From contig CAMFBT010000002.1 of assembly GCA_945948625.1 (NCBI GenBank), positions 1-38,691 of the forward strand: DNA of 38,691 bases, read 5' to 3'. This document shows positions 28,818 through 36,080 of this stretch, in pieces. The translations under genes were made by a program, and so were the position numbers. Positions within the stretch are counted from its first letter, which is position 1; the number at the start of each line of letters is the position of its first letter. This DNA is from an uncultured Mycoplasmatota bacterium (GTDB taxonomy: Bacteria; Bacillota_I; Bacilli_A; RF39; UBA660). The notes under the pieces are model-generated. The model saw only the letters and a program-made list of their open reading frames with translations, had not been told where the DNA came from and made no database searches.

Positions 28818-28917
28818 GTATAACTTACCTGTGAAGGGTTATAGCTGGGTTCTCGAATGAGAGTAGATATACATTTGTATATTTAGAATCCTTTGCTCCT
28901 GGGGTAAGTTTTTTTAT
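28818..28917 (+). ncRNA. candidate ~100-nt small RNA (rod-like hairpin ending in an intrinsic terminator), convergent with the HEPN gene
   Basis: The unit runs from promoter to terminator. The outer stem acttacc (28823-28829) pairs with ggtaagt (28903-28909), followed by T7. Inner stems are gggttct/agaatcc (28847-53 / 28885-91) and atatac/gtatat (28867-72 / 28877-82), with an 11-nt bulge cgaatgagagt. It is more GC-rich than its flanks. The only ORFs are 9-11 codons without an SD. I recognise no family. Confidence 0.45.
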
Positions 28918-28923
28918 ACTGTA

Positions 28924-29877
28924 TTATTTTTTTAATTCACGTTTTAATTCATCAATAATATTTTCATTTTTTAATAATAAATCAGTTAAAAAATCAACAA
29001 GTTGTTGTGAACATCCCCAACTTTTAGTTAAAATATGTTGATAAAAATATTTTTCATCATATTTTAAATTGAATTTATCACATATTAATTTTAAATCATA
29101 TTGAGATATTTTTTTATTTATTCCCTTTCTTCTTAAATTATCAGATACAATTTCTCTTACCCTTTTTTGATTATAACAATGTGTTAAATTGGTATCCTTC
29201 AATTCCTTAATAATTTTCACTGCCTCTTCTCCTTCTTTTGCAATTCTAAATGTAGTTTTTGCTTCAGAAATATCTTTAACTATCTTCACATTTAAATCTA
29301 CTTGTATAGCCAATTTCTCATTTGAATTACTAGAAATCAATTGTGAAGACTCGTGCTTAATTTTACTATACCTAGAAAAAATATTATCTCCATATCTACT
29401 AAGAATTTCTTCATCTGACATTTCTTCATTATTTATAACTAGGCTCATAAATGAGCTATCTATTTTTTTAGTTATATCTCTATTAAAGAAATCAAACATT
29501 TTTTGAGAATAATTTAAAACATTAGCTTGCATAAAAGGTAAATAAATAGAATCCATTTCTTTAATTACAAAATGTGTAGATGTGTTTCTTAATCCTATAA
29601 TAATTTCTAGGTTTTTTCTCACTGGATCTTTATCATTAGTAAAAACTTTTGAAACACAATCAGATAATGAAATAGTCCTATCAACTTTATTAGGATAATA
29701 AATACTGCTACCTTCTTTCAACATTTTTGCTTTAAGTAATAATTCCCAAGCATTACATATAAAAAATGAAAATCCTTCTAATCTATATTTTATTGTTGGT
29801 TTATTATAGATTTCAATAGCCATTAAAAATGCTTCTTCACTCTTATCCAAAAAATTATTTATTAAATTTTCTGTCAT
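28924..29877 (-). CDS. DUF3644-like protein with HEPN-type R-x4-H motif (putative RNase/abortive-infection-type effector)
   Basis: The N-terminal helices AFLMAIEIYNKPTIKYRLEGFSFFICNAWELLLKA and the motif GLRNTSTHF (R-x4-H) match the DUF3644/HEPN pattern as I remember it. The C-terminal ~150 aa are unassigned. It has its own SD (ggaga), an extended -10 (tgttataat), and is monocistronic. Confidence 0.6.
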   Translation of the reverse strand: MTENLINNFLDKSEEAFLMAIEIYNKPTIKYRLEGFSFFICNAWELLLKAKMLKEGSSIYYPNKVDRTISLSDCVSKVFTNDKDPVRKNLEIIIGLRNTSTHFVIKEMDSIYLPFMQANVLNYSQKMFDFFNRDITKKIDSSFMSLVINNEEMSDEEILSRYGDNIFSRYSKIKHESSQLISSNSNEKLAIQVDLNVKIVKDISEAKTTFRIAKEGEEAVKIIKELKDTNLTHCYNQKRVREIVSDNLRRKGINKKISQYDLKLICDKFNLKYDEKYFYQHILTKSWGCSQQLVDFLTDLLLKNENIIDELKRELKK

Positions 29878-29970
29878 AATCTCATCTCCATTCTTTAGTA
29901 ATATATTATAACAACTTTTTAGTCAAAAAATCTACCCCAAAATTATAAAAAAAATAAAAATTAATACTTC

Positions 29971-30016
29971 AAAAAAAATAGATTAATCTCAATATACATA
30001 TATCAAGACTAATCTA
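29971..30016 (-). terminator. rho-independent terminator after ctpA
   Basis: On the minus strand tagattagtc pairs with gattaatcta (9 of 10 bp) across an 18-nt loop, followed by T8. Confidence 0.5.
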
Positions 30017-30083
30017 CTATCAATTTAGAATTATTAATTATAAAATCAAATATTAAAATTAATTTTTAAAAAATCTAACTTTT

Positions 30084-31379
30084 CTATTGGGCAATCAAAT
30101 TAACAGCTTCCCATAGTTGATTATCATTTTCCATTTTAGGATCATCTAAATAACTATCATCAATTTCAACCTCTTTAGTAGGAGTAACTCCAACCTCATT
30201 AATAAAATTCCCATTAGGAGTAAGCCACTTTTGAGTAGTATACTTAATCATACTACCATCAAGTAATTTTTTAGTCTGCTGTACAGTACCCTTACCAAAA
30301 CTATTAGTACCAACAACATCCCCATCATAACTTTCTTTAATAGAGGAAGCAAGAATCTCACTAGCAGAAGCACTTCCCTTATTAATCAAAACAACTATTT
30401 TATAATCTCTCTTTTCCTTAGTAGTATCTTTCTTTTTAACTTTACCATTAGAATCTTCTAATTGATAAATAACTTTCCCTTTTTCCAAAAATAAATTACA
30501 AATATCCGTAACCGAAGTTAAATAACCTCCACTATTATCTCTAACATCAATAACAAGACCTGATATTTTTTCTTTTTCCAATTCTTCTAATTTATTTTTA
30601 AATTGCTTATAAGAATTACTTGAAAATAAAGAAATACCAATATAACCAATCTTTTTATCATCCTTTTCTATTATTTTACTATTAACATAAGGAATTTCCA
30701 CTTTACTTAAATTAACAGTAATATCTTTCTCTTCACCATCTCTAACAACAGTAAGAACTACTTTAGATTTACCACTATTCTTAACATAATTAGAAATATC
30801 CGTACTACTTTTACCTTCATAACTTTCCCCATCTACTTTAGTAATAACATCTCCTACTTTAAGACCAGCCTTATAAGAAGGAGAATCTTCAAACACTTCT
30901 ACTACAACAATGCTATTATTATCACTCAAATTAGCAACAGAACATCCAATTCCTTCATAACTACCAGTAATAGTTTCATTAAATGAAATAGCACTATCAG
31001 TATCACTATAACTAGTAAAAGTATCACCAACAGAAGAAATCATTCCTTCAACAGCACCATCCACTAAAGCATCCTTATCAAGTTCACCATAATAATTATC
31101 AACAATAGCATAATAAGTATCTACAACTTTCTTCAAATCCTTAGTAACAGATAAATAATTCTTACCAGTTATCAAACTAACACATCCAAAACACATAAGA
31201 AAACCAAGTCCAATAGAAAAAATCATTACAGCAACTACTTCTTTAGTAGAATAAAGTTCTTTATCCTTATTCTTTTCTTTCTCTTTATTATTTTTTCTTT
31301 TACCAGTTTCTTTCTTATTCTTATTAACCAATTTACTTTTTTTATCTATATCTTCAACAATATTCTTTTTAATAGTCAA
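30084..31379 (-). CDS. ctpA: S41-family carboxy-terminal processing protease
   Basis: It has a Lys-rich N-terminus and a TM anchor. The PDZ domain reads SPSYKAGLKVGDVITKVDG. The catalytic Ser motif is KGSASASEILASS, and the Lys motif is FGKGTVQ. The start is TTG with SD ggaga 10 nt upstream; there is no in-frame ATG before the TM segment. Confidence 0.88.
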   Translation of the reverse strand: MTIKKNIVEDIDKKSKLVNKNKKETGKRKNNKEKEKNKDKELYSTKEVVAVMIFSIGLGFLMCFGCVSLITGKNYLSVTKDLKKVVDTYYAIVDNYYGELDKDALVDGAVEGMISSVGDTFTSYSDTDSAISFNETITGSYEGIGCSVANLSDNNSIVVVEVFEDSPSYKAGLKVGDVITKVDGESYEGKSSTDISNYVKNSGKSKVVLTVVRDGEEKDITVNLSKVEIPYVNSKIIEKDDKKIGYIGISLFSSNSYKQFKNKLEELEKEKISGLVIDVRDNSGGYLTSVTDICNLFLEKGKVIYQLEDSNGKVKKKDTTKEKRDYKIVVLINKGSASASEILASSIKESYDGDVVGTNSFGKGTVQQTKKLLDGSMIKYTTQKWLTPNGNFINEVGVTPTKEVEIDDSYLDDPKMENDNQLWEAVNLIAQ

Positions 31380-31444
31380 AGTATCATCATCTCCATATTA
31401 ATTTTAACACATAACCAAAAAAAAAGATATAATTAAATAACTAA

Positions 31445-31735
31445 TTATATACTTTTTTTCATAAGAAAATAACCAATATAACTAATAATACCACAAACAT
31501 AAAATATAATACTAATAATAACAAATTCTCTAAAAATAATATTAATAACACCACTAATATTAATAGAATTAACACTAAAACTAATAAATAACTTAAATAA
31601 CAAACCAAAGATAAAAATAAAACTACCAGATATAATAAAAGTAATAAATAACTTCTTTAAAACATTAATCTTATCCTTCTCAAATAAAAATAAAAGTATA
31701 ATAATAACAACAACAAGTATAAATAAAAATAACAT
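31445..31735 (-). CDS. small three-TM membrane protein
   Basis: The 96-aa protein is almost entirely hydrophobic. Its ATG overlaps the upstream TAA (TAATG). Confidence 0.55.
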   Translation of the reverse strand: MLFLFILVVVIIILLFLFEKDKINVLKKLFITFIISGSFIFIFGLLFKLFISFSVNSINISGVINIIFREFVIISIIFYVCGIISYIGYFLMKKSI

Positions 31736-32211
31736 TAACTACCATTAATAAGATTAACATCTATATCATACACATAATCACTAATATCATCTCTATAAAT
31801 ACTACCCTTATCAATAACTTTATTCTTAAGTTCATCATAAATACTATCATCACTATTAACATCATTAACAATCATATCATAAATATAATCATTACTAAGT
31901 TTATTACCTCCTCTTAACTTATAACTAACAACATTATCAAGTACTATTTTTAAACTATCATTCAAATAACTAGAATTCATAAGTATATCCATATCATCAT
32001 CACTAACATTAAGTTCATTTTTAACATCATAATATGTATTATTATAATTCCCATTATCATCACTAAGTAAATCACGAATAGTAATAGTATTAACAATCCT
32101 ATCAACACCATTCTCACTAACAACATTAATAATAACAGCATAAGTTCCCATAATAGTACTAATACATATAAGTAATATTAATAATATACTAATAACAATA
32201 TTCTTCTTCAT
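31735..32211 (-). CDS. N-terminally anchored/secreted Asp/Asn-rich protein
   Basis: The track start is TTG. I use ATG 32211 (MKKNIVISILLILLICIST...), preceded by SD ggtga. It has one TM/signal helix and an acidic ectodomain. Confidence 0.55.
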   Translation of the reverse strand: MKKNIVISILLILLICISTIMGTYAVIINVVSENGVDRIVNTITIRDLLSDDNGNYNNTYYDVKNELNVSDDDMDILMNSSYLNDSLKIVLDNVVSYKLRGGNKLSNDYIYDMIVNDVNSDDSIYDELKNKVIDKGSIYRDDISDYVYDIDVNLINGS

Positions 32212-32269
32212 ACAATTCACCATTATTAATATTACCAATCAAACACAAAAAATACATAAAAGAAATCTT

Positions 32270-33187
32270 TTATGTATTAATTAATTCAGATAGAATATCA
32301 TCCCATGTTTTATTTTCTATATTAGGAGAAACAGAAACCAACTTATCAACTTCTTTTATAAGTTCTGCATTTTTAAATTCAAACTCACTAATAAGTTCAT
32401 CTAATTTAATTTTATTTTTTACTTCCCTAATTTTTTCTTTATCATCTAAATCTTCAGCAATTTTTAAAGCTTTATATTTTTTAACATCATCAACATTAAA
32501 CATATCATTTTTTATATAATTATCAAAATTCTCATTTATTATTAATGAAAAATCCTTTTCTGGTATAGGAAAATCATAACACAATTGGCCCTCCATTCTT
32601 TGATTAACAAAAGGAAAAGAATTAGTAAAAAATGATAAATCTTTAATATCATATTTTTCATTAACTAAATCAACCATTATAATCATACTATATATATCAG
32701 TAAATCCCATAGTCTTTTGTAACTGTTTCACATTTCCAATTTTAACAGAATATATTTCTTTAGCAGCTGTTTTTAATTCTAAATAAACTTTTTTACCACT
32801 ACTTGTAGTTATTAAAAAATCCGGTGTAGTATCCTTAATACCAGCTATAGTTACTTTTTTATTTTCATGATCATATTTCAAATCATGTTCAGCATCTTTA
32901 CCAGTAAACTTAACATCTGATACATTAGGATTTCGCTTAATAAGTAAAAAAAACAACTCTTCAATATACCATCCATATAATATATTCTTTAAATAATTAA
33001 ACTTTCTTCCCATACCACTAGGAGCATCATATCCATTTTTTTCTGCTTCCTTCATTTCATTATATTTAAATAAATACTTATTATAAACATTATCTAATAT
33101 ATCTTGAGAAATCAAATTATTAAACATTGGATCATATAATTCTTTTACATCTTTAATAGTCATATCATCTAATCTAATATTTTTCAT
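32270..33187 (-). CDS. putative type II restriction endonuclease (PD-(D/E)xK fold)
   Basis: It lies immediately downstream of the cytosine methyltransferase. The candidate catalytic motif is TTPDFLITTSSGKKVYLELKT (PD ... E-x-K). The start is either ATG 33187, with gaggt 8 nt upstream, or ATGATG 33205, which overlaps the methylase 3' end. Confidence 0.6.
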   Translation of the reverse strand: MKNIRLDDMTIKDVKELYDPMFNNLISQDILDNVYNKYLFKYNEMKEAEKNGYDAPSGMGRKFNYLKNILYGWYIEELFFLLIKRNPNVSDVKFTGKDAEHDLKYDHENKKVTIAGIKDTTPDFLITTSSGKKVYLELKTAAKEIYSVKIGNVKQLQKTMGFTDIYSMIIMVDLVNEKYDIKDLSFFTNSFPFVNQRMEGQLCYDFPIPEKDFSLIINENFDNYIKNDMFNVDDVKKYKALKIAEDLDDKEKIREVKNKIKLDELISEFEFKNAELIKEVDKLVSVSPNIENKTWDDILSELINT

Positions 33188-33191
33188 ATTA

Positions 33192-34244
33192 CTAAACCTC
33201 ATCATTTCTAGGCATATTTTTTATAATTGCCTCAATTAATTTTGGAGGTACACCCTCACCAATAACCTTTCTTACTAGATTTTCACTTGCCCATTCAGGA
33301 ATCTCCCAATCATCAGGTAAACCAGTCAAAATCATTAATTCCTTCAAAGATAATACTCTAGCATCACTATAAGTACCATCTTTCAAAAGTCTTCCAGGAT
33401 GAACATTATTTTGAGATGAAATACCACCATTACACATAGTAATAGTAGGAGCAGGTTTATCCCAAGACATCCTCTTGTATGTAGTAGAAAATCCTTTAAT
33501 CCTAGTACCATCTTCCTTTTGAGGAAAATATATTTTATTATCAAAAGCAGATTTTCCAGTAGGAGTATGCTTCATCCACAATATATGCCTTTCATTATGT
33601 CTTGGTGCAAAATGATATTTAATATCACTTTTTTGACCAGATTCTAAACTTGGTAACCATCCAATAGCATCCCTAACAGTAATCTGTCTTTGCTTTTCAG
33701 GTAATTTCCAATCCCCTAACTTACTCATTAAAACAATAGTTCTATTTCTAGTTTGAGGAGTACCATAATCCGCAGCATTTAATATATTAAAACTAATTTT
33801 ATAATCATTTCCTAATTCACTATTAATATAATCAACAATCTTAATCTTTTCATCATTAATTAAAATAGAAGTCTTTAACATAGTAGGAACATTTTCAATA
33901 ATAACATTTTTAGGCTTTACTTCCTTAATAAAATCAACAACTTTAATTATCAAAGAATTTCTAGGATCATGTTCATCCATTTTTCCAGCAACACTCATTC
34001 CTTGACACGGAGGAGTAGCAAGTAAAAATTCTACACCACACTCTTTAGATTTTTTAACAACCAAATTAAATATTTCATCATCAGTAATATCACCAGTTAC
34101 TACATCAGTATCAGGATAACAAAACTTATAAAACTTAGCTCTATCTTCTAATAACTCATTAGCAACTACAATATCAATATCATATTTCTTCAAATATGTC
34201 TCAGCAATACCAACATTACAAAATAAAGAAGTCCCCTTTATCAT
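33192..34244 (-). CDS. DNA (cytosine-5)-methyltransferase
   Basis: The canonical m5C motifs are present: I-like SLFCNVG, IV PPCQGMS, VI ENV, VIII QTRNR and X GEGVPP. A strong SD (ggaggtg) precedes the ATG. Confidence 0.92.
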   Translation of the reverse strand: MIKGTSLFCNVGIAETYLKKYDIDIVVANELLEDRAKFYKFCYPDTDVVTGDITDDEIFNLVVKKSKECGVEFLLATPPCQGMSVAGKMDEHDPRNSLIIKVVDFIKEVKPKNVIIENVPTMLKTSILINDEKIKIVDYINSELGNDYKISFNILNAADYGTPQTRNRTIVLMSKLGDWKLPEKQRQITVRDAIGWLPSLESGQKSDIKYHFAPRHNERHILWMKHTPTGKSAFDNKIYFPQKEDGTRIKGFSTTYKRMSWDKPAPTITMCNGGISSQNNVHPGRLLKDGTYSDARVLSLKELMILTGLPDDWEIPEWASENLVRKVIGEGVPPKLIEAIIKNMPRNDEV

Positions 34245-34270
34245 ACTACACCTCCAATACCTCTAATAAA

Positions 34271-34300
34271 ATTATACCATCTTTTCATACTATATATCAA
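34271..34300 (-). promoter_or_regulatory. sigma-A-type promoter of the restriction-modification operon
   Basis: The minus strand reads TTGATA, an 18-nt spacer, then TGgTATAAT (extended -10), about 25 nt upstream of ATG 34244. Confidence 0.55.
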
Positions 34301-34392
34301 TCAAAAAATACATTCATATAACAAAAAGAGGATAACATTGACATAAACTGTTATCTCTCTATTTTAACATTTATAAAAAATACCAATTTTTA

Positions 34393-34527
34393 ATTTTTTA
34401 ATTTTCCGCCTAAAGGCGGATTACCAGAGTGCCAATCGCCTTTGGCTTACCGCACTAGTCCCTATCAGACTTCGCCTGATTGAGGGACATTTTTGACAAG
34501 TACTTCCTACCGCTTTACGGTTATCTG
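34393..34527. other. GC-rich, multiply hairpinned non-coding element downstream of the TasA-like gene (3' UTR structure or independent small RNA)
   Basis: G+C rises sharply against AT-rich flanks. The hairpins are ccgcc-taaa-ggcgg (34406-19), gccaa-tcgcct-ttggc (34431-46) and gtccct+atcag-acttcgc-ctgat+agggac (34458-88). On the plus strand the last one is followed by attttt, which is terminator-like. The taccgc element is repeated. There is no ORF. The transcribed strand is unresolved. Confidence 0.4.
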
Positions 34528-34544
34528 TTATGAAACAGATAACC
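34519..34544. repeat. perfect 11-bp inverted repeat with 4-nt spacer straddling the stop codon of the TasA-like gene
   Basis: The arms are ggttatctgtt (34519-29) and aacagataacc (34534-44), separated by atga. The TAA stop occupies 34528-30. Confidence 0.9.
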
Positions 34545-36039
34545 TATATGGATCTGAACTAGTTCCTGTTCCCGACTCTATTTCTTGTTCAGAACCTAGA
34601 TAAAGGACTGGCGCGACCCCGAGCGCAACAAAGGTGCCGTCGTTGTAGCTGACAAAACCGGGCGGATACACATACCACGCATTGTAGGAACGGCCCGAGA
34701 CAGGGGTTAATAACCATCCATAATTATTACCATTGTTGGTAACAATATTCTTCATCCAGTTTGCACTTGTACAGGTTGAATCATCATAATAAAGTAAGTT
34801 TTGATTACAACTTCCTAAGTCGGCTGCATAACCATAATCTGATGGATAAGGTAATGCTATCTTTCCTGTCCATGTTGTTGGTCTTCCAGAATATACTGTA
34901 GTTCCTCTTTCATATCCATATATTTGATCTGAATATATTTCAGAAGTATTCCATCCTCCTAGATAGTATAGTGTATCTGATATTAGATTTCTTGTTGTAT
35001 CATTTTTTATTCCAGTACTTGTAAAATCACATGTTGTTGTGGCATTATTTTGTCCACTATAACATGAACCACTTCCAGAATTATAGTATAGACTTCCTCC
35101 AGTTCCACTATATCCTGGATTTAATAATTTCATTAATCTTGCATCTGTCCAATCATTTTTACCATTTGCTGATTCTGCTCCTGTACTAGTGTTTTTATTA
35201 TCCCATGAATATGATCCTATGATACTATTTCTCATTATTTTAACTTTACCATCAAATACTCCTATTATTCTCCATGTTTCACATGTAGAATCTGACTGAT
35301 TATCATAATCAGAACAATTAAAATATACATAATTACTAGGACTTGCTCCATAATATCTTATATTACCGCCAATATCTTGCATTAGATTATGATTAGTATC
35401 ATAACTATATGTAATATTGTTATTTGTTACAGTAGTATTTGGAGTAAATAAACCATTAATAAATGCTGCACCAGTTACTTCATTATTTGTACTAGTATAT
35501 ACAGCTTGACCATCAGTAACTATTTTAGAATTAAATACCTTTCCTATTTGACCATTTGGAGTATCAATACTAAGCCATACCCTAATAGAAATATCTATAC
35601 TTTCACCTGCAACAAGTGTAATATCACTCTTAATAATACTATTAGTTAAAGATGATAATGTAGTAACACCTCCATCATCAATCTTAATTTTAATATATTG
35701 AGGATCAACAGTAGCAATACTAGAAGTAGATAATAACTTAACATTAAACTTATAATCTAAATTACCTATATTTTTAATAGTAAAAGTATAAGGAGTAGTA
35801 TTAATACCATCAGTATCAGATATAGGTAAAGTATTATTTAAAGAAATAGTCTCCCCTTTAGAACTAGCTACAATAGAAAGTAATCCAGTACTATAACTTT
35901 CATTATTAGAAGCCGTCTCTTCATGATAGAATAAAGAATAAGTAGAATTAACTAAAGAAAAGCCAATTAAAGCTACAGCAAGAATTACAATACTTATAAT
36001 AATTTTCTTTTTATTCTTAACAAAAAATTCTTTATCCAT
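34528..36039 (-). CDS. secreted TasA/camelysin-like protein with C-terminal lectin-like (DUF1566/DUF6273-like) domain; SipW-type signal peptide
   Basis: The track start is GTG; I use ATG 36039 with SD aaggtaggtg. The signal reads KKKIIISIVILAVALIGFSLVNSTYSLFYHEE, which resembles the SipW-cognate TasA-type leader (...TYAYF.D). The N-terminal beta-sandwich contains TFTIKNIGNLDYKF...GESIDISIRVWLS. The Gly/Ser/Tyr-rich C-terminal half has three Cys pairs. It ends in KIALPYPSDY...GWLLTPVSG...GVAPVLYL, the W-L-x-(S/T)-P ... G-V-R-P-like signature of lectin-fold domains. Confidence 0.75.
   Translation of the reverse strand: MDKEFFVKNKKKIIISIVILAVALIGFSLVNSTYSLFYHEETASNNESYSTGLLSIVASSKGETISLNNTLPISDTDGINTTPYTFTIKNIGNLDYKFNVKLLSTSSIATVDPQYIKIKIDDGGVTTLSSLTNSIIKSDITLVAGESIDISIRVWLSIDTPNGQIGKVFNSKIVTDGQAVYTSTNNEVTGAAFINGLFTPNTTVTNNNITYSYDTNHNLMQDIGGNIRYYGASPSNYVYFNCSDYDNQSDSTCETWRIIGVFDGKVKIMRNSIIGSYSWDNKNTSTGAESANGKNDWTDARLMKLLNPGYSGTGGSLYYNSGSGSCYSGQNNATTTCDFTSTGIKNDTTRNLISDTLYYLGGWNTSEIYSDQIYGYERGTTVYSGRPTTWTGKIALPYPSDYGYAADLGSCNQNLLYYDDSTCTSANWMKNIVTNNGNNYGWLLTPVSGRSYNAWYVYPPGFVSYNDGTFVALGVAPVLYLGSEQEIESGTGTSSDPYRLSVS
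34595..34710 (-). other. candidate DGR variable region (VR-like patch) with G/C-run at its 3' end
   Basis: This covers the 35 codons for TPVSGRSYNAWYVYPPGFVSYNDGTFVALGVAPVL. By my count 16 end in C and 8 in G, including the run gtc agc tac aac gac ggc acc. The coding strand has 13 A in 105 nt. The neighbouring codons are host-like and A/T-ending. The patch ends in gcgctcggggtcgcgcc (34610-26). No template repeat or RT is present in the window. Confidence 0.45.
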
Positions 36040-36080
36040 AGTTAACACCTACCTTATCCTTCTACATTGTATCATATTTT

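Noticed and set aside
28818-28917. Small peptide (type I toxin) encoded in the candidate sRNA
   Set aside because: The only ORFs are 9 and 11 codons (MRVDIHLYI and MYIYSHSRTQL). They lack a properly spaced SD and have no hydrophobic helix.
29189-29506. 105-aa plus-strand ORF inside the HEPN gene
   Set aside because: It is an antisense shadow with no SD.
34476-34488. Hammerhead-like core (ctgattgag / ctgatag)
   Set aside because: The sequence departs from the CUGAUGA core on both strands, and no matching GAAA/stem III arrangement is present.
34245-34527. GC-rich intergenic block as the DGR template repeat
   Set aside because: I compared both strands with the VR-like patch by eye. Only a 7-mer (atccgcc) is shared, so it cannot be the TR. 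No RT or avd ORF exists anywhere in the window.
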